This document shows positions 50,945 to 63,092 of a stretch of DNA of 64,000 bases, one piece after another; positions within the stretch are counted from its first letter, which is position 1, and every line of letters starts with the position of its first letter. Below the pieces are notes generated by a model, which saw only the letters and a program-made list of their open reading frames with translations, searched no databases and had not been told where the DNA came from. Position numbers and translations under genes: made by a program. The stretch comes from Eledone cirrhosa (lineage: Eukaryota). The stretch spans positions 23,622,001-23,686,000 of the forward strand of contig OZ024747.1 in assembly GCA_964016885.1 (NCBI GenBank). The letters run 5' to 3'.

Positions 50945-52987
50945 CTGCAATGAAAATAAATTATGATTCCTTACGTGAAATCTAAGACCCAGGCAGAGGT
51001 AAATGAGAAGTTATAGTGATCATGTCTTTCTCAAGAGCATGAGAGAAACAGCATTCCCTGAGAAACAAAATACAGTTGGAAAATAAATGAATTACCAAAA
51101 ACTTACAGAAAGTCCAGAACTGTCCATAGCAATCAAAATTAATATGCCATATATATATATATATAATGAGGGGGAAAGGTGGGAAGAAGACGTGCACACT
51201 CAATCACATGCTACAACAAAGGGCACTGGTATTTCCCTCTAAATAAAGTATTTTGTCCAAAGGTTTAAATTTGTCAATCCACCTGGACAGATAGATAATC
51301 ATCAATTAGCACGGGGCCTCATTTGTCCTAAATCTGGCACTGATCACTGATATACATAAATATATGATGTCGATTTAAAGAGGAGTAACTCTACATGATT
51401 ACTCAACCTGCTAAACATAACAGCAAAATCTCACTCAAATCACACCATGTTTTAATAAAAAAAATTTTAAATCACACATTGAATAATGTAGTTCCTGATA
51501 CACTATTTCTGAATAAAAGGTGGGATGTTCATGGATGGAACGATTTTGTTCATAGGTCTGCTTGAAAAGGCTGACCTGGGGGTCAAATAATATGATACAG
51601 CTAATACTTAAATAATAGCCACTGTAATTTACATATTTTTTAATAGGTGTAACATAATATTGGTTAACGCAGTTACAGTAATATATGACTATATTTAAAT
51701 ATATTTCTGTAAAGGCAACCTGGTACATTCAGTGACAGACAGATTTCATTGCCCGACAAGCTGAAGGTCCCAGGCTGTTAGAGTATAGGTCTCTTTATGT
51801 AAGGCTTGTCGTTGAATCTGTAGCGTTGGAGACTTTGGGAGTTCTTGGTCCTTGAACCACCACTCGACTCAATGCTATTGGGATGGAGCTGGCTCCGCGA
51901 GTAGGAATGGTTATTAAAATGCGTCTTCTTGGCCATCCTTCGGGGGTAATGCTTTCTCCATTCTGTCCGCTAGAGCCACGAGGCAGCTTGCTCCTGGGGT
52001 TCTGCACACCCGAGAGCGTTGTCTCACACAGTCCAGGCTAGTATTACTGGGGTAGCAAGGGTTAGATCTATATTAGTCTGCTAAATATAATAACTAGTTG
52101 GAACAAAAGGCATCCACACACACACAATAAACGCAGCTTATTTATTAAGGAGCAAAATGGAACTGCAAATATAAACCAAAATATGCTTATGCACTTCATT
52201 AAATAAACGCCATTGCGGCGGCGTTCAATCTTTGTTTTAGTCTAGACTAACTCCGATCAAGCAGACATATGATCAAGAAATTCCAGTTGCAACCATCCAT
52301 CATTCTAACCTTCCTGGATTCTAACCTTACATTTGTCCCCGTAAATAGTTATTTCTTCGAAGTTGCTCATACATTTAATCCCGTATGGAATTTGTTCATA
52401 TGCGCTAGACATTTATGCAATTATATCCTAGAAATAAATTAGTAAAATATCATCATCTTTACTTGCTTCAATATGTCGGTAATCAACATAAACTATAGGA
52501 TTTCTCTTATGCAAACCGTTAATTTATTAAAACGCAGTTTGTATGATTGTACATATATGTGCTAATACTGCTATATATGGTATACCAAACATTAATACAT
52601 TCAACTCTAATGCCGTCAATATTGACGGCACTGGTTCAAATTTATACAATGCTACGAGTGTGTTGGCTTGCCTCAAAAATAATTAGAGGGAGGCTCCAGC
52701 GCCCCTTGTTCTGGTGTGCAATTAAGTAAGCAGGTCTTCTCCCTCCATCCCACAATTAGTACTGTATATATTCTAACAATCTTACCCTTATTAAATAAAC
52801 CAAATACTTGTGTGTGTATATATATATATAATCTTTTTATCTTCTATATAGCCCATCCCAAACAAATGACAGAGAAAGGTGTTGATAAAACATAATTATA
52901 TAATATCGAGATTTTGTTTATGCAAAGGTAGAAAGAAAATGTGAGATAAAATAAGGGCAACAAAGAAAAAAATCAAGGAACTCTTAC

Positions 52988-53136
52988 AGTTTAAATTTGA
53001 CTGGTTCATTCGGAAGTACCTTTAGCTTACATTCAGCAATATCTATAAACTGGGAATATCGATTCATTGCTTCTTCCCGTCGACCAAAATTGGCAAGTTC
53101 TTCTGCATTTTGAAACATGGTGGCGATATCTTCCAT
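52988..53136 (-). CDS. TTC32: TPR protein TTC32-like, exon 1
   Basis: aaaATGG start; MEDIATMFQNAEELANFGRREEAMNRYSQFIDIAECKLKVLPNEPVKFK-CT|gtaaga. The second Met is an alternative start. Confidence 0.8.
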
Positions 53137-53799
53137 TTTGGTGATAACAGCAGTTGATGAAGAAAATCCTTTAAAAATAATCTGCCGACAAGAAAAACGT
53201 TGCTTACTAATAGCTATGGATGTACGACTAATTAACAACTTAATCTGTAACATTCACGCAGCAAATAGATAAAATAATTGAAGAAACATGCTCGGAGAAA
53301 ACCGTCAACAAAACGTCGCCATTCGTCGCTTAATCAGAATTAAAAAAAGAATACAGCAGCCGAATCATTCGACTATTCCGACTCACTATTCTATTTCTGT
53401 TCGAAAATATATTCTTTTCTCATTCTTTATTCTGAGAATTGATTTTGTGCAGTGAGAAACGACAAAAGGCTTCTGTTACTATGAGATGCGACGATATGTA
53501 AATATATTTTGACAACAAAAATAATATTTACCTACACGGCGCACAGACACGTATGCACTTGCACCGATACACGCATAAACAATTGCACATACGTTTTGGC
53601 TATTCTCGGAATAACACCAACACAGACTATGGAATGATGAATCGATGCAGACTCATCAAATATGTATTTATAGTAACCAGCAATTTTAAAAATAATATTT
53701 ATATGAAATTTGCTGAATAGTTCTACGAATATATATTTTTAGTGTACAGAATTGTTTTAATATTATATACATATATACATGCATACATACATACATACA

Positions 53800-54120
53800 T
53801 CTTCTTGGCACTCCGTCGGTTACGACGATAAGTGTTCCAGTTGACCCGATCAACGAAACGGCCTGCTCGTGAAATTAACGTGCAAGTGGCTGAGCATTCC
53901 AGAAACACACGCACCTTTAACGTAGTTCTCAGTGAGATTCGGCGTGACACAGAATGTGACAAGGCATGCCCTTCGTATTCCAGGTGCAACTCATTTTTGC
54001 CAGCCCAGTGGACTGGAGCAACGTGAAATAAAGTGCCTTACTCAAGGATACAACGCGCCGCCGGGAATCGAACTCACGACCTTACGATTGTGAGCCGAAT
54101 ACCCCTAACCACAAAGCCAC
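53800..54120 (-). mobile_element. tRNA-derived SINE family 2 (other copies at about 33040-33180 and 43176-43460)
   Basis: Minus strand gtggctttgtggttagggg...gtgagttcgattcccggc head, then ccttgagtaaggcactttatttcacgttgctccag core shared by the three copies. Confidence 0.8.
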
Positions 54121-55168
54121 ATACATAAACACTGATAGTGTAGATCGAAAGGAGTACTGGATACCCTAGGGTAGAGTATATGTGTTTATTTATTCAAGGC
54201 CTATGAGAGGGTTGTCCAGTCGGTACTTTGTTCCAAGGCCCAAGAGCTAAGAAGGCCCGCACTGTAACCATGCAACATTTTGAGAAAAATCTTTGCCTGT
54301 TTCGAGCCCTAATGGGGTCTTGTACCGCCTTGCATAATTTCTCTTCGAAGCCCTGTATTTATTAAATATGTTACAGTTAGTGCATTGTCCAAATGGATCT
54401 CCGTCAGGTTCAACGATGAGTATTTAATTGTTCGATCGAGAGTACTACTAGTTCATTAAATTAGCGTGTAAATGGCTGAGTAATCCACGATCACGTGAAC
54501 CCTTAATGTAATCCCTATACAGAATCAGCGTGACAGTGTATTACATGACTAGATCTTTGACTTACAGTCAGTGCTGGATTTACCATTGAACTTAGACGTG
54601 CTTAAGTTGGCTCGGTTGGCCAGTGGAGTGGGGGGCATCTTCCTGTCCCCAGAAATTTTTACGATGATTTTTTCAAATGTTTGGGGCCTCATAACTTATC
54701 ACAGGGCTCCGTTTGTCCTAAATCCGGTACTGCTTACAGTACAATCCATCCGACTGACTTCAACACAGTTTCCATCTAACCCATTTTATTCTTAAGGCTT
54801 GAATCGATTAGAGGTTATGTCAAAAGACACTCGTCCAAGATGTTATGCATTGGCATTTCCGGCAGTACGTGAGTTACTGTGGCGATGACAGCTACTAAAG
54901 GGCTATGACTGGTGTGTGAGGATTTAGAGGAGTTATCTAGAGTAGAGTGGAAGAACGAGTAGGTGGTGACTCTGGATAGAGTTTGGGTGTTAAGGTTTAG
55001 GAAGGGTGTGAGTCACCATGGATAGAGTAGGTGTGGTGTCTACAATCATTAGAGGAAAACACATTCATGTATATTTTCAATATGCTGCAGATAATATTGA
55101 TATGAAGTTAACATCAATACACTTTTAACCATAATAACACGCTATGTGTGTTTGCATATTTATATATA

Positions 55169-55257
55169 CAGGGTGTCTCCCACACATTGATTACCTGTAC
55201 AGGCAATATTTATTAAAATGCTGTTGAAGTGTGTATATTTTTTGGGAGTACACCCTG
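55169..55257. mobile_element. Tiny Tc1/mariner-type MITE
   Basis: ta|CAGGGTGTCTCCCA ... TGGGAGTACACCCTG|ta. Confidence 0.65.
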
Positions 55258-56279
55258 TATATCTCCATCTATAACAATTTAAAATCTACACAAACATAAA
55301 CACATTCATTTCCTATATCAGTTATGTTGCTACAATAAGAAGACCAATTTCCAGTGACAATGTCCTGGGTTCTAACTTTATACTTGTCCCTGTACAGTTA
55401 TTTCTACAAAATTTCTCCTATATTTAATCATGTATATTATTTGCATACATATGTTAAACATTTACGTATTCATACTACTAAAAATATATTAATATAACAT
55501 TTCTATCTTTAATCACTTTTATGTGTCAGTAATTAACATATATTATAGGGTTTCTCTTATGCAAAACTAATAATTCACACAAAGAAAATTAACAATTTTC
55601 AATCACAAATTTTATAAAAAGGTTTGAATTTAACATATTGTAGAAGTGGTGTTAGGCATAAATTCTTGTAATAAAATTCTTTTGGGTCACATATAATAAA
55701 TTTAAGCAAATGTTGAGATAAAGGAACGGAAAATGGACCATACATGATCGGTAATTTGGTGCAATCGAGGAATAGGTAAACTATGTCTCATTTAATTGAA
55801 GTTTCTTGTATCAATATTAACCAAAACAAAAGTAGACAATGGCCAGTTCCGCCCAATTTAGTGATCTGGGTGAGAGCTACTGAAGAGAGAGACTTCACAG
55901 TTTGCTCTGGCTGTAGTTTTTGTGCACAATGAGGTAAATTTACTTATCAGGGTGAAGAAAATCTAGTTGGAGGTGCGATAGGTTTTTAAGTGGGGTGGCC
56001 ACTGTGTTTTGTGTGGAGGACATGAAGCTAAAGAAATTGCAAAGCATGCATCATATTGATGTGAACAAAACTCTGTTTTAAGCCAGTAACTAAGGTGAGT
56101 TTTTGGAAGATTGGAAGTTGTGATGGTGATCATTCAATATATACTATCATTAACTACAGCTGTCACTCACAATTGAGTATGACTTGGTAGTATGTGCCAA
56201 GCTTTTGCTCAGGGCCTTAAGTGCCCATCCAGTTACCCTCATCTATAGATAGAGAGAAAAAGGAACGTCATTTGTGTGT

Positions 56280-56461
56280 CAGACCTGTCAACTTCTAAAA
56301 ACCCAAACGGGGAGTACTATGAAAAAAGGTGCCCCCCCCCCCCCCAGGGGAGATTTTACATAATGAAAGCTATAACCATTTTCACAATAGAAGACATCTC
56401 TCACCCACCCCGCCCAAACGGGTAGATCTCCCCGTCGGACGGGGGAGAGTTGACAGGCCTG
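56280..56461. mobile_element. MITE with CAGRCCTGTCAACT TIRs; a right-half copy lies at 46347-46452
   Basis: cagacctgtcaact ... agttgacaggcctg; the internal tttacataatgaaagctata..cattttcacaa and two GC hairpins are shared with the 46.4 kb copy. Confidence 0.65.
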
Positions 56462-56559
56462 GAGATAGTGTGTGTGTGTGACAAAAAGAGAGAGAGGGTC
56501 GCACTCATCTAGTATATCATAAAATATAGATTATACGAATTTCAATCGAAGGGCAAGTA

Positions 56560-56683
56560 ACTCTAACCCTAGTGTTCCGTAGTGGTACTTCAACTTGATT
56601 TGCTTCTTTCTTGTTTTATTAGTAAATTTTTACTGTTCGTGTTTTGTACCATCGTGGTATGGTTTTATTTACATTCTGTATTG
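56560..56683 (+). other. Possible non-coding first exon of B4GAT1
   Basis: CpG-containing stretch ending at a strong donor TTG|GTAAGT (56684); a strong acceptor (ttttttgcag|) lies at 61635, about 210 nt before the ATG. Pairing of the two sites and the start coordinate are inference. Confidence 0.35.
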
Positions 56684-59201
56684 GTAAGTATTTGCAGACC
56701 TCTTTGTTGAATTAATATTTCAAGTTCACTGAAATATTGCAGCCATTCTTTTGTTTTACTAATTAATCAACTGGTTATTGGAATTTTTTGTTGAGTAAAA
56801 CGTGCAGTAGCTATTACATCCATGTACGTAGTAAATTGTTGAAAACAAATCTCTTGTTTTCACATCAAGATCGCAAAGAAATATTTTGTTAATTTTTTCT
56901 TTTTATTCACGTTTATTTTTTTAAAGACTTTTTAACATACTTATGGATATGCAGTATTTTTGTATTTTAAAAAGTTTTCATTACCTGCTAAACAAAATAA
57001 AAATGTTATCTGAAATTTAAAAATATTGAAGCTACTTTGTTGTTTAAATATGAACGAATTTATCAAGAAATTATATTCCCCAAGAAAACACCAAATCTAA
57101 AGGTGGGGAGAAACAATCTTTATTGTATACAAATTTAATTTTATTGGGATGGCGACTTTGATAGATCTATTAAAAATTTATTATATTTTCCTCTATTTTG
57201 ATGAGTGATTGATGAAACTCATTTTCCTGTTCACTTCGTTAAGTCCGAGTTAACCTGCTTGAAATAACAGCCATATATCAACGCCTTTCCTTGTTTAAAA
57301 GAAGACGCATTAAATGGCGATTGATGCTGTCTATTATCTTATAACAAATATGTAAACATCATTTATTATCACCAAAAAAATATTATCATTATTACTTTTC
57401 TATGAATATGATAATACAATGCTTATAGAATAAAACTATAGACAATACTTAATGAATACTTCTTACAGAATAAAAATATAAACACATATGATAAATATAA
57501 TTAATTATTGCTAGGAACCTTATAAATATAATTCACAAAAATATATGATCAAAACGAGAGAAAAAATAACAAACAAACAAAAAAAAAATCATCACTTCAC
57601 CACCAAGTGCGACACACGGTCACATACCACAAGGGTCAACGGAATTTTTTGAGGCAAGCCATCACCCTCGTAGCATTACAACAGGGGATGGCGAGGTTAA
57701 GGCGCTGAAACAGCCAGACACCCTCACAGGCGTCACCTGAACCTATTGTAAGGTGAGCCGCTAACGATGACAAGAACTTCACTGTCAGCGGCCTAGCTCC
57801 ACCATCTGGAAAAATAGTTATTTGTTAATTCCCGGTATTAAGATTAAATAAAAGAACGTACATGTAATTAATTAATTATTGTTGGGAACCTCATACATTT
57901 AATACACACAAATATATAATAAGAGCGAGATAATAAAAAAAAAAGCATCAATTCAACTCTCGTTAATATAGTACTAAATACACTAGTTTTGAATAGAAGA
58001 CGCGTCCGGGCTGGAATTCATATGATCATAATTATGTCTAATCCATCACGACTGGCCGAGGGCTATACAACACCCTCTTTAAACTCGTCTTGGGCCATCT
58101 CTTTACGAACGTAGTATTTCTTCACTGTACTGTGTCGTTTGCTTTATTTCTGTTTATTTTTGCATATATATATATATCCAGGGAGTGTAACTAGTAGTTA
58201 CTGTAGGTTCACCCGGGTGAGCACTCGATGTTTAGGTTCACTTCTGTATCGAGGTGTAGAGTTAGACAGAGTGTAGTATAATAAAATAAAACAAGGACGA
58301 GTGGTTACTCCTTCATTACGTTTATTGGTTGGTGACGCATGTTTTGCCATCGATCAGCTCAAGGTTCGATCTAGCCCAACTCTAATCCACGGCTCGTCAG
58401 TCCCTTTTAGTGGTATGTATATATATATTTATATAGCTACTGAAATAAAACCTATGACTTGATTGATCCTTCCAACATAGTGAGCCCAACTATTTATTAG
58501 TAGTAGCACCTGAACCAATTTACCTGTGCATTTCAGTTATAAATCTATAAGCTTTAGAGTTATTGTAACAATTTAAATGAAAATTAATGTTTGTTTACAC
58601 ATTACACTAATCACATTATTTACACTATCCTGTAGTTTTCCAAACGGTTCTGCTACAGTTCTATGTAAAATGTGCGCGTATGAAGCATACACGTTTTGCA
58701 ACGAGCACACCAAAAGTTAATTGTTTAAAATAATGTAGTAATTAATAATTATATATATATTTCAAGTTTTACATTTATACGAGCATTCAGAACACATATC
58801 TTTGTCACAAAAATATAATTTGCACAGTTAGTTTGCTTTGTTAGCAGGGCCTATCCTCAAAATGGATGTTGCATGATTGCTGGTGGACCTTTTTAGTTCT
58901 CCGGGGCCCAAGAACTAAGAAGGCCCAACAGCAATCATGCAACATCCATTTTGAGGAAAATCTTTGGCTGCTTCGGGCCCCAAAGGTGTGTTGTACAACC
59001 TTGCAAGATTTCTAGTGTTTGTCTCAGCTTCTGTGATCTTTAGTCAGTTTTACGTTTATTTTGCCTTGTCTAATAACCATCTCTCTGTCGTAGATAAGCA
59101 ATTTGGCATTTTTATTCTCATTTATCATCAGTCTTAATACCATATATTTCTTATAAATTATCAATGACATTTAATCTCTGATCTATTGTCTTGTTGCACC
59201 A

Positions 59202-59450
59202 TTAACCCTTTTGATATTAACCCACATGAAACTACCCTGGTTTTATTATACACAACTGCTCATTTTAAAATGTTCATACTTCTATTATAACCTTCCATCA
59301 TAATTTTAATTAATAAATGTTTGTCAAGTAATGCTTCAAAAATCAGTTTACTAATAAAAAGCTTAGTTATCCCATTAAATTCTTCATATTTTCAAAATTA
59401 ATTGATAGACATAGGCTGAGTATTACAGAAATATGGTAACAAAAGACTAA
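59202..59450. mobile_element. Second piggyBac-like MITE family; related copies at about 15272-15480 and 39265-39755
   Basis: ttaaccctttt(g)atac/tta ... atggtaa(c/t)..aaag(gg)ttaa termini and shared internal motifs. Confidence 0.5.
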
Positions 59451-60066
59451 ATACTTCACAAAAAAAATGTTTGTTCATAACATCTTTTGTTTAGACACAA
59501 AATATTTTTTGTTAGTAGGAGTTTGGTTAATTGAATTAATCTTAAAATCTTACATATATTTTATTAATCATGATCAATAAAGTAATTCTGGCATGGTTCC
59601 AACTCAAAACAATGAATAAAGAATCAAAAACTGATAATATTACACCCACTAATATCCTCTGTTGTAGGTTTGCTGGAAAAATACTAAACTTGTGTTTAAA
59701 AAATACAAAATTCAAACTTAAATTCTAAATATAAGTTATTGGTAACTAAATACCATTTATTGATTAATAAAGTAAGTACTCACATAGTCTTATCCCATCT
59801 CTAAATATAACATATATATTCGTATGTAAGCTGAGAAATATGTGACAAAAAAAATCAATGGTAAAATGGGGGCAGCTTATATTCAAGGTCAATATTTTGC
59901 CAATTTTCAATAACTTAAAAATTCTACATAAATGAGATGGTAAAATATTTTTGCTTAGGGGCGTGAATATTACACTGGTTTTACCTGCGATGTGAAATTC
60001 GTATTTCCTGTTGTTTTGAATGAATATGGCCTTCAATTCAGAACAACTTATATTCAAGTATATCTA

Positions 60067-60417
60067 TATATATATAATATATAAGATCAAAAGATGGTTA
60101 AAAGAGTTCCATGTATTTTATTATGTGCATTTCAAAAACAAATATCATCATGTAATAACATTTGTGTTTTCATCAGATAAAATAGGAAGACATGATATGA
60201 AGGTTAAAAAACACTTGTGAATAGTGCAGTTTTAAATCAACATATCATGATATAAACTGCACTATTCACAAGTGTTTTTTAACCTTCATATCATGTCTTC
60301 CTATTTTATCTGATGAAAACACAAATGTTATTGCATGATGATATTTGTTTTTGAAATGCGCATAATAAAATACATGGAACTCTTTTAACCATCTTTTGAT
60401 CTTATATATTATATATA
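60067..60417. repeat. Long inverted repeat (about 163-bp arms, 2 visible mismatches, about 23-nt spacer)
   Basis: ORFs 60020-60220(+) and 60266-60463(-) encode almost the same peptide because the arms are reverse complements. Confidence 0.92.
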
Positions 60418-60501
60418 CTCCAGTCCTACAAACTGTAGAGTGCTTCTTATCCGATATCTGCATTGCTTTATTGTACTACAATAAAACTCACCTCCTACAT
60501 C

Positions 60502-60533
<32 letters not shown>

Positions 60534-61847
60534 TTTCAAGGGATATGGGGTTTGTGATTCCTATTAGGCACCTCAGATCATTTTTTTTTACATCTCTATG
60601 GATAATTTACTTGATTTAACAGTTATTACAGTTATTTTCTGCACTTGGGATTCTCTCAGTTCCCATATATGTGTGTGAGTCATTAGACTGGCTATCTTAG
60701 GGTATCCTTTTGAAGGAATTTAGTCGATTATATCAACTTCAGTGTATATTTTTTCAGTCTGGTACTTATTTTATCAACTTTTTTTTTCTTAAATGCTAAG
60801 TTATGGGACATGAACAAGCAGCATATGTAAACACAGACACACACACACCACATATGTACATCATCATCATCAGCATTATTTTTATGTTGACTTGTCTCTG
60901 CTGGTATGAGTTTGGACAGGACATTTTCAGGCAGTGTTTTACAACCAGATGCCCTACCTAATACCGACTCTTTTAGTCGCTTCTTACGGCATGCAGGGAT
61001 ACAGTGTACCTATTTTAAACCGAATACATACAATTGTATAAGTCGCACACCCATGACTTAATACATATCACTCCCCACTACCATTGCTCCCTAGAATCTA
61101 CTCCCACTGTCACTATACCCTTCCCTCTATACCCAGAATCACTTCCACATCACCACTTGAACCCTTACATCGAACCTGTCAATCCCCACCTTTTGTTACT
61201 TATCCATGATATACCTAGCGTCCTTTTAATTCCCCAAAGGTAGTAGGGAGGTTTTTGGTTATTGACTCAACTGAAAGTTGAGTCAATAACCAAAAACCTC
61301 CCTAGTGCTGCTGGTGCCAGTTTACCCTGTAAGGTGGTTGGTGATAGGAGGTTGAAAGGAGTCTTTAGTTGCGTCAAAGATACGGCAACCTTTGTCTGGG
61401 CATATCTTAATTTATAACATGAAAGTCAATGAAAAAATATATTTCAAGTTATAGCCTTCCACACTACAGCAAGATTTTCAGGAATGCAATACTTTCATAA
61501 TGACAGGGTGGCTATATTGTTTGTTTGTTTCTTTCTTTTTTGTTTCCTTGTCATTATCTATAAACAAGCTAAATTTTCTTCGAAATAAAAATGAAAATAA
61601 AATATTTTGTAATTTTTCTTTATTTATTTTTGCAGATTAAATAATAAAGAAAAGAAACAAAAAGGAATTTGATGTGGCCCGTCTCTTTTGCTGTTCATCA
61701 TCATCATTTAATGTCTGCTTTCCCTGTTATCAGTGAGAGATGTATGAGCATATTACAACATACTTTTGTAAAACTTGCTTGACCTTGAGAAATAATCTGT
61801 TTTACACCTATTAAGTTTGAGTGGTAACATCAATTTTTTCTTCTAAA

Positions 61848-63092
61848 ATGCTTTTCAGATGGAAGCTTTACTCAAACCAGCGAAAGTTAACTTTATCCAA
61901 ACTGATTATTTCATTCTTTCTAATTGTTGTAGTTATACAAATCACACACATAATTCTTTTATCAAAGATAAGAGGCAATTCAAAAATTGCTAAAAGAAAT
62001 GAGATTTCAGAAATGATTCAGAAAATATATGATTCCTATAAACTTGATTCTTCTGGATCTTATCACATGATTGCAAATGTAGCTCTGTGTAGTACTTGCA
62101 GCCCATCTTCATCTGTCCCTGTTCACAGAAAGTTTGATGTTACTGTAGTAACTCAGACATCACTCAGTAACTTACACTATATTGTCAAATTAGCAAATCA
62201 ATGGGCAGGTCCAGTATCTGTGACCATTTTTGCATTTGACAATTACATTGTTACAGCTCTGTTGGCAATTGCAGCTTTGCGGAAATGTAATCCAATTGTT
62301 TTAGAAATGGTATCATTCCATCTTGTCTATCCTTTGCAAAGATATCCAAAGAATCTTCACAACAATTATGACACCTCAATTGTATCTTGTGAAGATTTAC
62401 CTAATATATTTACTTCAAATGTTCCAAATTATAGCTTTGATAATATTCAATATCCTCATAATGTTCTAAGAAATTTTGCCATCAAGAATTCCAGAACTGA
62501 ATATATTTTTATGGTTGACATTGATATGCTTCCTTCCCCTGGACTAAGAAACAACTTTTCTGAATTCATTAAAGTTGCAGATACATTTTTGCCAAATTTA
62601 ACAGCTTTTGTTGTGCCAAGTTTTGAGTCAGAATTAAATGTCTCAATACCTGTTGACAAGAAAGACCTTCTGAAAAAATGGGATAATCAACAGATTCGTC
62701 CCTTTTATTATGAAGTCTGTTGGAAATGTCAGCAACATACAGACTATGAAACCTGGAGAGAAATTGATGGGTCTTATATGAAAGTAGCCTACAACATCCC
62801 TTGGAAAGACCCCTGGGAGCCATTTTTTATTACTCGACATTTTATGCCACTTTATGATGAACGATTTAAACAATATGGTTTTAACCGAATTAGTAATGTC
62901 TGTGAGTTACATGTTGCTGGATATACATTTAAGGTTTTGAGTAATGCATTTATTGTTCATCAAGGATTAAAAACAGCCACAAACTTCCACAGTAACAAAG
63001 TTAAAGAGTTGAATCAAAATCGCATGTTATTTCGAAAATTTAAAGAAGAACTGAAGACAAAATACCCATATTCAATGAAAAGATGTTATTAA
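61848..63092 (+). CDS. B4GAT1: Beta-1,4-glucuronyltransferase 1 (GT49 family, type II membrane protein), single-exon CDS, 414 aa
   Basis: N-terminal TM anchor (LIISFFLIVVVIQITHIILL), W.GPVSV, YPHNVLRN.A, DxD (VDIDM), WEPFF, YDERFKQYGFNRIS, CELHVAGY.F.VL.NAF.VH.G; first ATG at 61848. Confidence 0.92.
   Translation: MLFRWKLYSNQRKLTLSKLIISFFLIVVVIQITHIILLSKIRGNSKIAKRNEISEMIQKIYDSYKLDSSGSYHMIANVALCSTCSPSSSVPVHRKFDVTVVTQTSLSNLHYIVKLANQWAGPVSVTIFAFDNYIVTALLAIAALRKCNPIVLEMVSFHLVYPLQRYPKNLHNNYDTSIVSCEDLPNIFTSNVPNYSFDNIQYPHNVLRNFAIKNSRTEYIFMVDIDMLPSPGLRNNFSEFIKVADTFLPNLTAFVVPSFESELNVSIPVDKKDLLKKWDNQQIRPFYYEVCWKCQQHTDYETWREIDGSYMKVAYNIPWKDPWEPFFITRHFMPLYDERFKQYGFNRISNVCELHVAGYTFKVLSNAFIVHQGLKTATNFHSNKVKELNQNRMLFRKFKEELKTKYPYSMKRCY

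Noticed and set aside
54050-54120. tRNA-like sequence (also the heads of SINE family 1)
   Set aside because: A/B boxes continue into a SINE body shared by several copies; I could not build a complete cloverleaf.
60020-60463. Two near-identical small proteins on opposite strands
   Set aside because: Artefact of the inverted repeat; no homology or splice evidence.
62456-62873. Minus-strand ORFs within B4GAT1
   Set aside because: Antisense shadows of the real CDS.
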